In this document: one piece after another, positions 8,973 to 20,379 of the stretch
How the letters are laid out: the number at the start of each line of letters is the position of its first letter
Numbering within the stretch: position 1 is the first letter of the stretch
From: Treponemataceae bacterium
Lineage (GTDB): Bacteria; Spirochaetota; Spirochaetia; Treponematales; Rectinemataceae
Length of the DNA stretch: 64,000 nucleotides
Direction of reading: 5' to 3'
Assembly (NCBI GenBank): GCA_963678065.2
Contig: CAXXVZ010000005.1
Span: forward strand, 256,001 to 320,000
Made by a program: the position numbers and the translations under genes
The notes under the pieces: generated by a model
Databases searched by the model: none
What the model saw: the letters and a program-made list of their open reading frames with translations, nothing else
What the model was told of the DNA's origin: nothing

Positions 8973-9583
8973 GCCTGGCCTCCCTGCGCCGCCGAAGGCG
9001 ATGGCTGAGGCGCAAAGGCGGTGGCGACTGGTTGCCCGGCGGCTGTGGTAACTGCGGCCGTGGCGGCTGCGGCCGCGAGCTTGCGCTTCGTCGCGGCGAC
9101 GAGTCCGCCTGCGTCGATCATGTCGCGGATAAAGGGCGGAAAGGGTCTCGCCTTCCAGCTACGCCCCGTGGAGAGTTCGCGGATCTCGCCTGAATCGAAA
9201 TCGACGGCGAGCTCGGCGCCGGCCTGGATCTCGGCCGCCGCCTGCGGGCACTCGAGGATGGCGAGGCCGATGTTGACGGCGTTGCGGTAGAAGATGCGGG
9301 CGAAGGAGGCCGCGATCACGCAGGATATGCCCGCGGCCTTTATCGCGATGGGCGCGTGCTCGCGGCTCGAGCCGCAGCCGAAGTTATCGAGAGCCACCAT
9401 GATGTCGCCCGGTTTCACGCGTTTCGTGAAGGCCGTGTCGATATCCTCCATGCAGTGGACGGCGAGCTCGGCCGGATCGGCCGTCGTGAGGTAGCGCGCC
9501 GGGATGATGACGTCGGTGTCGACGTCGTTTCCGTATTTGTGGACGAATCCGCGCGCGGTCGTCGCCTGTGCCGTGTTTTCCAT
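8969..9583 (-). CDS. leuD: 3-isopropylmalate dehydratase small subunit
   Basis: [33 protein letters not shown]. Confidence 0.95.
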   Translation of the reverse strand: MENTAQATTARGFVHKYGNDVDTDVIIPARYLTTADPAELAVHCMEDIDTAFTKRVKPGDIMVALDNFGCGSSREHAPIAIKAAGISCVIAASFARIFYRNAVNIGLAILECPQAAAEIQAGAELAVDFDSGEIRELSTGRSWKARPFPPFIRDMIDAGGLVAATKRKLAAAAATAAVTTAAGQPVATAFAPQPSPSAAQGGQA

Positions 9584-9596
9584 GTTCACTCCTCTT

Positions 9597-10952
9597 TTAG
9601 TGTGCCGCGACAGCGCCGGCTGTCCCGGGGGTGCCGGAGACCCCGGCGGCTTTGGGGGCGGCGAACTGCGCCTTGCGGTCGGGCGCGGGGGCCCCGACAT
9701 CCTCAGGTACAGCGATGTGTCCGACGAGGGCCGAGGCGGCCGCCACGGCGGGACTCGCGAGGTAGACTTCCGATTCCACGTGCCCCATGCGGCCGACGAA
9801 GTTGCGGTTTGTCGTCGCCACCGCGCGCTCGCCCGCCGCGAGGATGCCCATGTGCCCGCCGAGACAGGGCCCGCAGGTGGGTGTCGAGAAGACGGCGCCC
9901 GCCTCGACGAAGGTCTCGATGAGCCCCTCGCGCAGGGCCTCGAGATATATCTTCTGCGTCGCCGGGAAGACGATGCAGCGCAGGCCCTTCGCAACTTTCT
10001 TCCCTTTGAGGATGGAGGCGGCGATGCGCAGGTCGGAGAGCCGGCCGTTGGTGCAGGAGCCGATCACGACCTGGTCCACCGCGATGTCGCGCGAGGCCGC
10101 CGCGAGGCGGGTGTTCGAGGGCAGGTGGGGGAAGGAGACCGTCGGTTCCAAGGCCGAGAGATCGATCTCGTACGTGGCGTCGTAGACGGCGTCGGGGTCG
10201 GCCTCGTAGATGGTGGCGGGCCTCGCGCCGGAGCCGGCGAGGTAGGCCAGAGTCGCTGAGTCCACCGGGAAGATGCCGTTCTTGCCGCCCGCCTCGATGG
10301 CCATGTTGGCGATGGTGAAGCGCTCGTCCATGGAGAGGGCCGCGACGCCGGGCCCTGAGAACTCCATCGACTTGTACAGGGCCCCGTCCACGCCGATCAA
10401 CCCGATGATGTGGAGGATGAGGTCCTTGCCGGAGACCCAGCCCTTCGGTGCGCCTTTAAGAACGAAGCGCAGGGCCGAAGGCACGCGGAACCAGGTCGTT
10501 CCGACTGCCATGGCGCAGGCCATGTCCGTGGAGCCGACGCCCGTGGAGAAGGCGCCGAGGGCTCCGTAGGTGCAGGTGTGGCTGTCCGCGCCGATGACGG
10601 CGTCGCCTGCCGTCACGAGGCCTTTTTCCGGCAACAGGGCATGCTCGATGCCCATCTCGCCGACCTCGAAGTAGTTCTCGATGTCCTGGGCGCGCGCAAA
10701 CTCGCGGATGCGTTTGCACTGCTCGGCGGCCTTGATGTCCTTGTTCGGCGTGAAGTGATCGGGCACGAGCACGACCTTCTTTTTGTCGAAGACGACGGAG
10801 GCTCCGGTCTTCTTGAACTCGAGGAGGGCGGGCGGCGCGGTCACATCGTTCCCGAGCACGAGATCGAGCTTCGCCTCGATGAGCTGGCCCGCTTCCACGG
10901 ACGGAAGTCCCGCGTGCGCGGCAAGGATTTTCTGGGTCATCGTCATTCCCAT
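9597..10952 (-). CDS. leuC: 3-isopropylmalate dehydratase large subunit
   Basis: [32 protein letters not shown]. Confidence 0.95.
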   Translation of the reverse strand: MGMTMTQKILAAHAGLPSVEAGQLIEAKLDLVLGNDVTAPPALLEFKKTGASVVFDKKKVVLVPDHFTPNKDIKAAEQCKRIREFARAQDIENYFEVGEMGIEHALLPEKGLVTAGDAVIGADSHTCTYGALGAFSTGVGSTDMACAMAVGTTWFRVPSALRFVLKGAPKGWVSGKDLILHIIGLIGVDGALYKSMEFSGPGVAALSMDERFTIANMAIEAGGKNGIFPVDSATLAYLAGSGARPATIYEADPDAVYDATYEIDLSALEPTVSFPHLPSNTRLAAASRDIAVDQVVIGSCTNGRLSDLRIAASILKGKKVAKGLRCIVFPATQKIYLEALREGLIETFVEAGAVFSTPTCGPCLGGHMGILAAGERAVATTNRNFVGRMGHVESEVYLASPAVAAASALVGHIAVPEDVGAPAPDRKAQFAAPKAAGVSGTPGTAGAVAAH

Positions 10953-10962
10953 GTTCAGGCTC

Positions 10963-12645
10963 CTACAGATAAGCTTTGTAGCGACGTTCGATGTCGCGGA
11001 TGAGTTTGTACTCGATTGAATCGACGAGGGCGATGCGGCTCGCGTCGATGATGTCGGTGGATACGCCGACGGTGGTCCACACTTCCCTGCCGTCCGTCGA
11101 CTCTATGAGGACGCGGACCTTGGCCGCTGTCGCCGCGGTGCCGTCGATCACGCGCACCTTGTAGTCGGAGAGACGCGCCTGCGCGAGTTCGGGGTAGAAT
11201 CGCTCGAGGGCGCGGCGCAGCGCGCGGTCCATGGCGTTGACTGGACCGTCTCCTTCGGCCGCGGCGATCTCCGGCACTCCTTCGACCACGACCTTGACCC
11301 AGGCGTTGGAGCAGCTCGAGGCGTCGGCGGGCGGGTGCTCGCTCACGACACGGTAGCGCTCCAGCTCGAAAAGAGGCTTGTAACGGCCGAGTTCGCGGCG
11401 CACGAGGAGCTCGAAGCTCTGGTCGGCGCCCTCGAACTGCCATCCCTGGGACTCGAGTTCCTTGACCCGGTCGGCAATGGCGGCCGCGGCAGGGTGATCC
11501 TTGGTGATCGACGGATCGATGAGCCTCGCCCTCTCCACGATGGCCGAGCGTCCACCCACCTCGCTCATGAGGAATCGCCTGTCGTTGCCGACAAGCTCGG
11601 GGTTCACATGCTCGAAGGAGGCGCGGATCTTGGCGATGCCGTCGACATGCATGCCCGCCTTGTGGGCGAAGGCGCGGGTCCCGACGTAGGGCATGCCGTC
11701 CGGAACGGAGACGTTGGAAACTTCGGCGACCCGCCTCGTGAGCGCGGATATCTGCGCGAGATGGCCCTTGGGGAGACATGAGAGCTTCAGCTTGAGCTCG
11801 ATGCTGGGCAGGATGGCCGCCAGGGCCGCGTTGCCGCAGCGCTCCCCGAATCCGACGAGGGTGCCCTGGATGTGGCGGGCTCCCGCGGCGACCGCGGCCA
11901 CCGTGTTGGCGGTCGCCATGCCTGTGTCGTCGTGGGCGTGGATTCCTACGGGGATGGCCGCGCATCCCGGCTTCGCGAGGCGGGCGACGAGGTCGACGAC
12001 CTCGCGCACTCCCTCGGCCACGGCGTCGGGAAAGGTGCCGCCGTTGGTGTCGCACAGGACGATGCGGTCCGCTCCGGCCCCGATTGCAGCCTCGAGGGTG
12101 AGGCGCGCATACGCGGGGTCGGCCTTCCTGCCGTCGAAATAGTGCTCGGCGTCGTAGATGACGAGCTTGCCCGCCTCTTTGAAGAAGGCGACCGTCTCGC
12201 GGATCATCGCGAGATTCTCCTCGAGACTCGCCCTGATCACTTCGCGGACGTGGAGGTCCCAGGATTTTCCGAAGATGACGACGGCGGGCGTGCCCGCGAG
12301 GAGGAGGTTCCGGACATTCGAGTCCTCAGCCGCGGCGACGCCCTTCTTCCTCGTCGAGCCGAAGGCGCAGAGCTTCGAGGTGACGAGGCCGAGATTGCCG
12401 GATTCCCTGAAGAATTCGAGGTCCTTGGGGTTGGAGCCGGGGTTGCCCGCCTCGATCCAGGCGACGCCCAGCTCATCGAGCGTCTTCGCGACGGCGATCT
12501 TGTCGGCCACGGAGAAGGATATTCCCTCGCCCTGGGCGCCGTCGCGCAGCGTCGTGTCGAGCACTTCGACCGCGGGCCAGGCCGTGCCGGCTCCAGGAAG
12601 CCCTGCCTCAGGCGCGGCGTTCGCTTTCAATTCGGGACTACACAC
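10963..12645 (-). CDS. cimA: Citramalate synthase (start codon uncertain)
   Basis: [44 protein letters not shown]: the bacterial CimA subfamily pattern. Confidence 0.88.
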   Translation of the reverse strand: MCSPELKANAAPEAGLPGAGTAWPAVEVLDTTLRDGAQGEGISFSVADKIAVAKTLDELGVAWIEAGNPGSNPKDLEFFRESGNLGLVTSKLCAFGSTRKKGVAAAEDSNVRNLLLAGTPAVVIFGKSWDLHVREVIRASLEENLAMIRETVAFFKEAGKLVIYDAEHYFDGRKADPAYARLTLEAAIGAGADRIVLCDTNGGTFPDAVAEGVREVVDLVARLAKPGCAAIPVGIHAHDDTGMATANTVAAVAAGARHIQGTLVGFGERCGNAALAAILPSIELKLKLSCLPKGHLAQISALTRRVAEVSNVSVPDGMPYVGTRAFAHKAGMHVDGIAKIRASFEHVNPELVGNDRRFLMSEVGGRSAIVERARLIDPSITKDHPAAAAIADRVKELESQGWQFEGADQSFELLVRRELGRYKPLFELERYRVVSEHPPADASSCSNAWVKVVVEGVPEIAAAEGDGPVNAMDRALRRALERFYPELAQARLSDYKVRVIDGTAATAAKVRVLIESTDGREVWTTVGVSTDIIDASRIALVDSIEYKLIRDIERRYKAYL

Positions 12646-14236
12646 TTTCTTCCACTTCCTTCCGGGTCTCAGGATCGAGGGCGGCCGTCCCGCCTGAAGA
12701 TGTCGTCCCGCCATCGCCTGATGATTCGAGCTCCCACTCCATCGCGTTTATCGCGGCCACATAGGCCTTGATCGAGGCCTCGATGATGTCGGTGGAGAGG
12801 CCGTGGCCGTTCCACCTCCTGCCGTCCCAGGCAATCTTGACTGTCGCCTCGCCCTGGGCGTCCTGTCCGCCTGTCACCGAGGAGAGGGAGAAGTCTTCGA
12901 GCGTGAGATCCTCGCCGATGACCGCGTCGATGGCCTTGAAGGCCGCGTCGATGGGGCCGTCGCCGACGGAGACCTTCTCGATGACCTCACCCGACTTGTG
13001 TATGAGGCGGATCGTGCTCGTCGCGGAGAGCGAGGAGCCGGAATTGACGACGAAGCGGTCGAGCCTCCAGGTCTCCGGAGCGGAGGAGAGGGCGCCCCGG
13101 ACCAAGGCTTCGATGTCGCGGTCGCTGACGACCTTCTTCTTGTCCGCGAGGAGCTTGAACTGCGCGAAGGCCTCCGCGGCCCCCTCCGCTTCGGGGTTGA
13201 AGCCGAGTTCGCGCAGCCTGTCGTCGAAGGCGTGGCGGCCTGAGTGCTTGCCGAGGACCATCTTGTTGGCGGTCAGCCCGACGGACTCAGGGGTCATGAT
13301 CTCGTAGGTCGCGCGGTTGGCGAGGACGCCGTGCTGGTGGATTCCCGCCTCGTGGGCGAAGGCGTTCTCGCCGACGATGGCCTTGTTGGGCTGGACCTTG
13401 ACGCCGGTGACCGAGGAAACGAAGTGGCTCGCGTCCCATATCCTCGTCGTGTCCACTCCGCAATCCAGATCGAAGAGGTCGTGCCGCGTGCGGAGATTCA
13501 TGACAATCTCTTCGAGAGAGGCGTTGCCCGCGCGCTCCCCGAGTCCGTTCAGCGTGCACTCGAGCTGGCCGGCCCCGACGCGGGCCGCGGCTAGGGTGTT
13601 CGCCACGGCGAGGCCGAGATCGTTGTGGCAGTGGACGGAGACGAGGGCTTTTTCGATGCCCTGTGTCCCTTCGATCACGGCCTTCACGATAGAGGCGAAT
13701 TCGTCGGGGTAGGAGTAGCCGACTGTATCGGGAATGTTGATGACCGTGGCGCCTGCCGCGATGACCGCCCCGAAAACCCTGCACAGAAAGGCCGGGTCGC
13801 TCCGCGAAGCGTCCTCGGCGGAAAACTCGATATCGGGGCAGAGGCGCTTCGCGTACCTGACGGAGGCGACAGCCCTCTCGACGACTTCGTCCATGCTCAT
13901 CCTGAGCTTGTGCTCCATGTGGATGGGCGACGTCGCGATGAAGGTGTGGATGACGGGGCGGCGCGCCTTGGACAAGGATTCCCAGGCGGCGTCGATGTCT
14001 TTTTCAAGGGCTCGGGCGAGGCCCGCCACGGCGCAGTCCCGCACCGTTCCCGCCACGGCCTTCACCGCGGCCAGGTCTCCCGGGCTCGCGGCAGGAAAAC
14101 CCGCCTCCATGACGTCGACGCCGAGCCTCTCCAGCCTGCGCGCGACTTCGACTTTCTCCTGCAGGTTCATGCTGCAGCCCGGCGCCTGTTCTCCGTCGCG
14201 GAGCGTCGTATCGAAAATCCTGATGATTCTGGCCAT
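12638..14236 (-). CDS. leuA: 2-isopropylmalate synthase
   Basis: [28 protein letters not shown]-terminal allosteric domain; SD GAGGAGG. Confidence 0.95.
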   Translation of the reverse strand: MARIIRIFDTTLRDGEQAPGCSMNLQEKVEVARRLERLGVDVMEAGFPAASPGDLAAVKAVAGTVRDCAVAGLARALEKDIDAAWESLSKARRPVIHTFIATSPIHMEHKLRMSMDEVVERAVASVRYAKRLCPDIEFSAEDASRSDPAFLCRVFGAVIAAGATVINIPDTVGYSYPDEFASIVKAVIEGTQGIEKALVSVHCHNDLGLAVANTLAAARVGAGQLECTLNGLGERAGNASLEEIVMNLRTRHDLFDLDCGVDTTRIWDASHFVSSVTGVKVQPNKAIVGENAFAHEAGIHQHGVLANRATYEIMTPESVGLTANKMVLGKHSGRHAFDDRLRELGFNPEAEGAAEAFAQFKLLADKKKVVSDRDIEALVRGALSSAPETWRLDRFVVNSGSSLSATSTIRLIHKSGEVIEKVSVGDGPIDAAFKAIDAVIGEDLTLEDFSLSSVTGGQDAQGEATVKIAWDGRRWNGHGLSTDIIEASIKAYVAAINAMEWELESSGDGGTTSSGGTAALDPETRKEVEESV

Positions 14237-14372
14237 ATACACTTCCTCCTCGTGCGCGTATACCTCGCGCATCGGTTTCGTCTGTGAGTATTTACGGCGC
14301 CGCCGGTTAAAGGGGGGATGGCCTTCCGGATGATATCCGGGAAACCGAGCCGCCTTTACAGGTCGACGCCGG

Positions 14373-14885
14373 TCAAAGGCTAATAATGCTGTTAAGGCTT
14401 AGGGCGAGCGGGCCGCGGTCCAGGGCTACGAGGCCGGTGCGGGCAAGCTCGAGAATGCCGTAGGGGCGAAGGAGAAGGAGGAGGCCTTCGAGCTTCTCGG
14501 AGTCGCCCGTGGCCTCGATAATGATGGTGGAGGGGGTTACATCGATGATTCGGGAGCGGAAAATGGAGGCGATTTCGATCACTGCGGGGCGGGTTTTCTC
14601 GTCGGCGGAAACCTTGACGAGGAGCAGTTCGCGGCGGACCGAGGACTCGGAATCGACTTCGCGCACGGCGATCACGTCGACGAGTTTGGCCAGCTGCTTC
14701 ACGATCTGCTCGAGGACGGAGTCGTCTCCCCTCGCCGCTATGGTCATACGCGAAACGGCCGGATCTTCCGTTTCGCCAACCGTCAGCCCGTCGATATTGT
14801 AGCCTCGACGGCTGAACAGGCCCGACACACGGCTGAGAGTACCTGCACGGTTCTCAACCAGCGCGGACACGACATGGCGTTTCAT
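14373..14885 (-). CDS. ilvN: Acetolactate synthase small (regulatory) subunit
   Basis: ACT domain LVENRAGTLSRVSGLFSRRGYNI; C-terminal ELARTG. Confidence 0.95.
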   Translation of the reverse strand: MKRHVVSALVENRAGTLSRVSGLFSRRGYNIDGLTVGETEDPAVSRMTIAARGDDSVLEQIVKQLAKLVDVIAVREVDSESSVRRELLLVKVSADEKTRPAVIEIASIFRSRIIDVTPSTIIIEATGDSEKLEGLLLLLRPYGILELARTGLVALDRGPLALSLNSIISL

Positions 14886-14982
14886 GCCTGCCTCCCGGTG
14901 ATACCTTCCGCGGCGGGCGCTTCATGCGCCTCCGGCACGGCGAAAATGCGGCTTCCTGCGCGCATTTCAAAGGTTGAACCTG

Positions 14983-15011
14983 AGGATGACGAGGAGGCTT
15001 TCAGCTGTCAA
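14983..15011 (-). promoter_or_regulatory. Sigma70-type promoter for the ilv-leu operon
   Basis: TTGACA-17 nt-CATCCT. Confidence 0.55.
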
Positions 15012-15084
15012 GCCTGAAAAATCGGATTTTTTGCGAAAAAATGCAGGACAAGGCGTATTTTTAAAATATTTACCTTGTATAATG

Positions 15085-15139
15085 AATGAAATTTCATTTA
15101 AAAATATCGCGTTTCAAATATTGCAACTCGTGATATAAT
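15085..15139 (+). promoter_or_regulatory. glmS promoter region with perfect palindrome
   Basis: AATGAAATTTCATT (15085-15098); extended -10 TGaTATAAT (15131-15139). Confidence 0.55.
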
Positions 15140-15215
15140 GCAAACTTCCTTGAATCCGAGCCCTCGGGCTTTCTTCCGCCGGGGCCGGCACCCGGGAAAG
15201 CGAGGAGCCTACAGC

Positions 15216-17761
15216 ATGTGCGGGATAGTATCCATAATCTACCGGGAAGAGAACCCGGAGATCGGCAGGGAGGCTGTCGCCCTGCTCAAGAGGCTCGAAT
15301 ACCGCGGATATGACTCGACGGGAGCCTCGTTCATCGACGCAAAAAAGGGCATCAGCCTCATGAAGAAGGTGGGCGCGCCCTCGCGGGTCTGCGCCGAACT
15401 GCAAATCGACCGGCAATCCGGGCAGCGCTTCATCGGCCAAGTACGCTGGGCGACCTACGGGGCCGTCACCGACGTCAACAGCCAGCCGCACAGGGTACGC
15501 TGCAAGGTCGAGATGGTCGGCGCGCACAACGGGAATATCTCCAACACGGACAGCCTCAAGGCCTGGCTTACGGCCAGGGGACACGCGGTCGTCTCCGACA
15601 ACGACGGAGAAATCATCGTGCACATGGTCGAGGAGCACTACGCGGCTGCGCAGTCCCGCTCCAGCGCCGTCCTCCAGGAAATGCGCCAGGCCTTCTCCAT
15701 CTCTGGGCTCAGGGAAGGCGTCCCCGACGGGGTATTCCTCATGATCGACGCGATACGCAGGGCGGAAGCCCTGGCCGAAGGATCCTACGCCGCGGCGGTC
15801 GCCGATCCCGAACTGCCGGGAGTCTTCGCGATCAAGTCGGGCTCCTCGCTCTACGCCGGCATGGGAACGGACGCCGCAGGAGACTTCATCGTCGTCTCGT
15901 CGGATCTCACCTCGGTCCTGTCCAAGACGAGGGCACTCATCCCCCTCTCGGAAGGAGAAGGCCTCTGGTTCACCGAGAAAGGCTACCTCGTCTTCTCCCT
16001 CAAAGGAGCATGCTCGTTCAGCAAGCCCCGCCTGCGCCGGTCGCGGCTCTCCGTCAGCGATACCGCCCTCGACCCGCGCTACCGCCACTACATGCAGCAG
16101 GAAATCCTCGGAAGCCCGCCAACATCGAGAAGATAATCCGCTACTATTTCCGCGACCCCGCGGAGGATGCACTCGCGTCCGTCTTCGAAGACAGGCGGAC
16201 AGAGTGCAAGTCGGTGACGGACGCGGTGGCCGAACTCTCCGAGCGCTTCGGCGCGGAAGCGCTCGGCAGGGGACTCGCAGAGATTCTCTCGGGCCCCGAA
16301 TACGCCGACATCCGCGCCCGTGTCGCTGCCGCGACAGGACGAGTCACCGCGACATCGCTGTCCACAATGGCGGGACGCGCCTCCGAGGCATCACCGGTAT
16401 CGGCGGCGGGCTCGGCGGCCGATGCCGGGCCGGGACCGCGTTTCGTCTCCGACGAGGCGGAACTCCTCGCCGAACTCGCCCGCGACGCTCCCGGAAGGAC
16501 CGCCGACCTCGCCCTTCTGGACAGAATCTTCGTCTGGCGCAAGCGCAGGGCCGTCACCCGCTATCTTGGGGAACTCAAGGACGCCATCGCCGAGACGAAG
16601 CGTTCGGGAGGAAAGATCTACCTCATCGCCTCAGGCACGTCCTACCACGCTGCCCTGACTGCGGCCTATTTCTTCGACAACCTCGCCGGCATCCCCGTTT
16701 TCCCCTGCAATCCCGGCATGTTCCGCTCGATGTACTTCTCCTCGCTGACAGACAGGGATTTCATCCTCGGCATCACGCAGTCGGGCGAGACAAAAGATCT
16801 CGTCGACATCTTCCTCGACGCGAAGGCCAGGGTTCCGGGCCTAAGACGTGCCTGCCTCGTCAACAACGAGAACAGCCGCATCCCGCAGGAGCTCTGCGAT
16901 TTCTACCTCCCCATCCTCTGTGGGCCGGAGATTGCCGTCGCCGCCACGAAATCCTTCATGAACCAGCTCGCCATCCTCTACCTCGTCGCGTCTGGGTTCA
17001 CCCTGCCCGAGCGGAAGATCGCGGAAAAGCTTTGCACCGTGCAGGCACTTCTCGGCGGAACCCTCGAACTCGCGGCGAAGGGGATCGAGGAGGTCGCCTC
17101 CCATCTCCACCTGAAACCCTCGATGCACATTCTCGGAACGAGTCTCATCGGACTCGCGCGCGAAGGCGCCCTCAAGATACGGGAAGTAGTCCTCAACCAC
17201 ACGGAAGGCTACGACGCGGCCGAGTTCAAGCACGGGCCGAACACCATCCTCGGGAAAAACACCATCTTCTCGGTCGAAGACCTGGCGAAGGCCATCGACG
17301 CCTACCGCAGCGCCATCGGCGACCAGCCGGAGCTCGCCTCCCGGGACGCCCTCGACGTGCTGCGCGCCCGGCCCGAGATCATCGGCGGGCTCTTCACGGG
17401 CTACCCCCTCGTCTTCGTCTGTCCTCCCGACGACAGGGATGTGCGCATCACGGTGAGCCAGATCCACACCCACAAAATCCGCGGCGCCGATATCATCCTC
17501 ATCGCGGAGAGGCGCCAGGATCTCGCCCTCGCGGTGGAGGGAATCCCCATGGGCGACGAGGACTACTGGTCGAAATACATCGAGCTTCCCTACACTGGGG
17601 ACCGCAATCTCTTCGTGTTTTCCGCGGCCATCGTCCTTCAGCACCTCGCGTACCGCATGTCGGTGCTGAAGATGGAGTGGCTGGACGCTCTCGGCGTGGC
17701 CGGGCACGGCGTCCACCCCGACGTGCCCAAGAACGTGTCCAAGTCGATCACCGTGGATTGA
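15216..17761 (+). CDS. glmS: Glutamine-fructose-6-phosphate transaminase, long form, interrupted by a 1-nt frameshift near 16115-16117
   Basis: N-terminal MCGI, LEYRGYDS, RWATYG and HNG in one frame; SIS domains (SGTSYHA, QSGETKD, AATKSF, EFKHGP, KSITVD) in another. Adding one C at GGA AGC CC(C) GCC joins them. Confidence 0.9.
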
Positions 17762-17849
17762 AGACCGCCTCGGGCGAGGCGACGAGAGGGCGGGGTCGAG
17801 GCTGTACGGCCGCAGGCGAGGAGCCGGGTCGATCAGGGAGGTATCTGAA

Positions 17850-18293
17850 ATGGTGAGGGTTTTCTACGCTTCCGTTACGGGCAACACGAGGAAGGTCGCC
17901 GACGCCATCGCGTCGGCGGTCGGGACGAAAGCGGAATCCATCGGATCTGCTGAGGCGCCCGTCGAGGCAGACTTGCTCTTCCTCGGCGCCGCCGTGTACA
18001 CGACCAGCGATCATGACATCAAGCCGGAGATGCGGCGCTTCATAGAGGGACTCGATCCGCGACGGATCGGGAGAGCGGCCGTCTTTTGCACCGGCTTCGA
18101 GGACAGGGCGAGGCCGATACTCCGCGATCTCCTCACAAAAAAGGGCATTCCGGTCGCCGCGGAATCCTTCTTCTGCAAAGGCAAGTTCCTCCTCTTCAAC
18201 CTCGGCCATCCGGGCAGCGCAGATCTCGAAGACGCAGGTCATTTCGCGCGGAAGATCTCGGGCGCGGCGAGTTCGAAGAAGGGAGAGCGATAA
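17850..18293 (+). CDS. Flavodoxin-like protein
   Basis: YASVTGNTRKVA FMN phosphate-binding loop; GHP...DL C-terminus. Confidence 0.8.
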   Translation: MVRVFYASVTGNTRKVADAIASAVGTKAESIGSAEAPVEADLLFLGAAVYTTSDHDIKPEMRRFIEGLDPRRIGRAAVFCTGFEDRARPILRDLLTKKGIPVAAESFFCKGKFLLFNLGHPGSADLEDAGHFARKISGAASSKKGER

Positions 18294-18299
18294 GGCGAC

Positions 18300-19112
18300 T
18301 CAATCGCGCAGATAGAGGGCCGCGCCGAGGGCGGTCGCGTGTTCGGCGTATTCCGGCACGACGAATCTGACACCGTAGACGGGATAGAGCGAATCGAGGA
18401 CCGTCTTGGCCATGGGGATACGCATGGTGTTGCCGACGACGACGATGGTTTCGTCCTTTTCCGCCCGCGCGGCGAAAATCGCGAGCACGCCGACAGTCTG
18501 AAACACGAGGTTGACGATGCCCGCGGCAAAATCCTCTGGCTCCGGGCGGTCGGCCATGCGGCCGAAATTGGATGCCGTGGCGTTGCTCGGCAGATTCCCG
18601 ACCGCGAGCTTGGCGATGTCGCCTATCGTCAGATCGACATTTTCCACCCTTCCTCTTCCCGCGACTTCGGCCAGGGTGTCGAAGTCCGTGATGCCCGCGA
18701 GGGCCTTCCCGAGGCCGAGGACAGTCCCTCCGCCGACGCCTGAGCCGCCGACGTGGCGCGCCTCGCGCCCGGAGGCGTGGACGAGGGCCGTTCCGGTGCC
18801 CACCGACACGACGAGGGCGCGCTCGGTTCCCGAAAGGTGGAGACCCCCGAGGCCGATGGCGTTGAACTCGTCGACCTGGACCGCCTCTATGCCGAGAATG
18901 TCTGAGTCGAGAAACGACGAGCCGACGCCCGTCACGGCGAGCTTCTCGATGTCCGTGATTTTCTTGCCGGCGACAGAGAGGAATTTGCCGATGGCTCCCG
19001 CGGCCGAGGCCACGGGGTCCGAGGCCTTCACCGTCGTCTTGATCCACTCGCCCGAGTCGCTCTGCCCGACGATCTTGGTCGTCGTACCGCCGATATCGAT
19101 GCCGACTATCAT
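18300..19112 (-). CDS. coaW: Type II pantothenate kinase (ASKHA/fumble family)
   Basis: GIDIGGTTTK, VSVGTGT, GGSGVGGGT, VDLTIGDI, ASNFG, ALGA. Confidence 0.8.
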   Translation of the reverse strand: MIVGIDIGGTTTKIVGQSDSGEWIKTTVKASDPVASAAGAIGKFLSVAGKKITDIEKLAVTGVGSSFLDSDILGIEAVQVDEFNAIGLGGLHLSGTERALVVSVGTGTALVHASGREARHVGGSGVGGGTVLGLGKALAGITDFDTLAEVAGRGRVENVDLTIGDIAKLAVGNLPSNATASNFGRMADRPEPEDFAAGIVNLVFQTVGVLAIFAARAEKDETIVVVGNTMRIPMAKTVLDSLYPVYGVRFVVPEYAEHATALGAALYLRD

Positions 19113-19119
19113 GGCCGCC

Positions 19120-19965
19120 TCACTTGAGTCCCAGCCGCCCGCGGGCGAAGGCCTCGAGGACGGGCCGGAGGGCGGGATCGGCCGCGGCGTTCCGGAGAAT
19201 GGCTTCCAGATACCCGGCGGGATCGCCCGTGTCGAGCCTCTCGCCGGAAACGCGCCTGAAGGCGACCTGGCCGCGCTCGATGAGGCGGTCGAGGGCGTAG
19301 GTGTGGAAGTATTCTCCGCCCGAGTGCTTCGCCCAGCCTTCCTCGACGAGGTCGAAGAACTCGGGCGTGTAGAGGTAGCGGCCGATCGAGACTTCGTGGC
19401 TGGGCTCTGTCCCCGGAGCCGGCTTCTCGACGAAGCCTTTCACGCCGACGCCGTCGGCTTCCGGGTCGACGATGCCGTAGCGCGACACGTCGCCGGGCTC
19501 GTAGATGGTCGCGAGGACGGATTTCCCCGTCGATTCGTACAGGTCCATGAGCTGGCGCGCGAGGGGCACTTCGCCAATGTGGAGATCGTCGGGGTAGGCG
19601 ACGACGCAGGGCTCGCCGCCGACAAGGCCCTTCACCTGGAGGAGGGCGTGTCCTGTGCCGCGCATCTCGGTCTGCCTGACGAAGGCTATTCGCGCGGCGG
19701 GCGGGGCGATGGCTGCCAGCTTGTCGGCCCGGCCTTCGCGGCGGAAAATCTCCTCGAGCTCGATCTCGCGGTCGAAGTAGTCCTCGAGGGCCTTCTTGCG
19801 ACGCGAGCTGATTATGATGATATCCCGGATTCCGGAACTGACGAACTCGTCCACGATAAAAGCGATGGACGGCCTCGTTCCGACGGGCAGAAGTTCCTTG
19901 GCAACGGTTTTGGTGACGGGCAGGAAACGGGTCCCGTATCCCGCCGCGACGATTACGCCTTTCAT
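19120..19965 (-). CDS. galU: UTP-glucose-1-phosphate uridylyltransferase
   Basis: AAGYGTRFLPVTKTVAKELLP, VRQ..GTGHA, FVEKP, IGRY. Confidence 0.88.
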   Translation of the reverse strand: MKGVIVAAGYGTRFLPVTKTVAKELLPVGTRPSIAFIVDEFVSSGIRDIIIISSRRKKALEDYFDREIELEEIFRREGRADKLAAIAPPAARIAFVRQTEMRGTGHALLQVKGLVGGEPCVVAYPDDLHIGEVPLARQLMDLYESTGKSVLATIYEPGDVSRYGIVDPEADGVGVKGFVEKPAPGTEPSHEVSIGRYLYTPEFFDLVEEGWAKHSGGEYFHTYALDRLIERGQVAFRRVSGERLDTGDPAGYLEAILRNAAADPALRPVLEAFARGRLGLK

Positions 19966-20043
19966 GGAACGCATCTTAACTCGCGTCCGCCGTTTCGGGC
20001 AAGACTCGCCGGGACACCTACCGTGATACCCGGCCCGGCGGCA

Positions 20044-20072
20044 TTGACGGCGGGAAGGAACCGCGATATATA
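20044..20072 (+). promoter_or_regulatory. Sigma70-type promoter upstream of the long MFS leader
   Basis: TTGACG-17 nt-TATATA. Confidence 0.5.
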
Positions 20073-20110
20073 AATAAACGATACAACCGCAAAAAGGAGC
20101 CCCAGGCACA

Positions 20111-20161
20111 ATGATGAACATCGACAACACCGCCCGGTCCGATTCTTCCCGTTCCATCTGA
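20111..20161 (+). other. Candidate leader peptide sORF (MMNIDNTARSDSSRSI)
   Basis: AAGGAG SD at 20094-20099, just downstream of the promoter; 16 codons. Confidence 0.3.
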
Positions 20162-20379
20162 GAGGCCGAAGGCATACACCCATCCGCGTCGAGGGGCAGT
20201 CCTTCCGGGCTCCCCCGACCCATTCCCGGACTTGAAGCCTTCCGGAAAATACCCGCTCAGTCACCCCTTGCCTCGCGTCAGGCGGGGAATCCGCGCATAC
20301 GCGGAGATACCGCAGTTGCCTGGACCTTCCGCAGCGATACGGAGAGTCCACGGCCTTGCGGACAGGATACACGACCACT

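Noticed and set aside
14886..15215. T-box or attenuator for ilv-leu, and a glmS ribozyme
   Set aside because: No T-box consensus, leader peptide or glmS ribozyme core found; the predicted leaders are short
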